Shown piece after piece: positions 63,772 to 64,000 of a DNA stretch of 64,000 bases. Source of the DNA: Catajapyx aquilonaris (taxonomy: Eukaryota). Made by a program: the position numbers and the translations under genes. The stretch is taken from positions 1 to 64,000 of the forward strand of contig KZ538308.1 in NCBI GenBank assembly GCA_000934665.2, written 5' to 3'. Position 1 is the stretch's first letter. The number at the start of each line of letters is the position of its first letter. The notes below the pieces were generated by a model. That model saw only the letters and a list, made by a program, of their open reading frames with translations, searched no databases and was not told the DNA's origin.

Positions 63772-64000
63772 AAATCATTTTAAAATTGCCTTGGGAGCAA
63801 TAATTTTTTTTTTGCCAGTCAGATACTCATTGATATTTTCTCTTGTTGATGGGTTAATATTTCAAGGGCCTTGATCATGTTCAGGCAATAATTGAATTTG
63901 CACTGGAGTAGTATGGCTAAAAACATATAAGCAGCCAGTTATTTTGGCAGGTAAATGTGACCATTAAAAATCATAATTCTATTTTCTTTTTCATATAATA

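Noticed and set aside
1..64000. CRISPR array, tRNA, rRNA or prokaryotic defence system
   Set aside because: No regularly spaced repeats, cloverleaf motifs or operon-like ORFs; the sequence is intron-rich eukaryotic DNA.

Overview
Eukaryotic (invertebrate, probably arthropod) genomic DNA, not a prokaryotic accessory region. Most of the window is one large minus-strand class IIa histone deacetylase gene (HDAC4-like). I traced 15 coding exons with GT-AG introns and consistent phases, from ATG 49925 to TGA 5479 (about 1117 aa). The protein has a Q-rich N-terminus, a MEF2-binding motif, three 14-3-3 motifs and a deacetylase domain that keeps the catalytic Tyr (LEGGYDL). A three-exon TMEM19 gene (339 aa) lies head-to-head on the plus strand at 61297-63771. 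The left edge holds a repetitive DNA-transposon-like element abutting an RTE-type LINE 3' fragment. The signals most worth checking are regulatory: several phase-compatible alternative first exons (two near a MEF2-site cluster), a candidate in-frame cassette exon, an in-frame retainable 66-nt intron, a pre-miRNA-like intronic hairpin, a nested 3'UTR stem enclosing a poly(A) signal, and five full CRE palindromes. I found no tRNA, rRNA or CRISPR array and no clearly new protein system. All coordinates were counted by hand.
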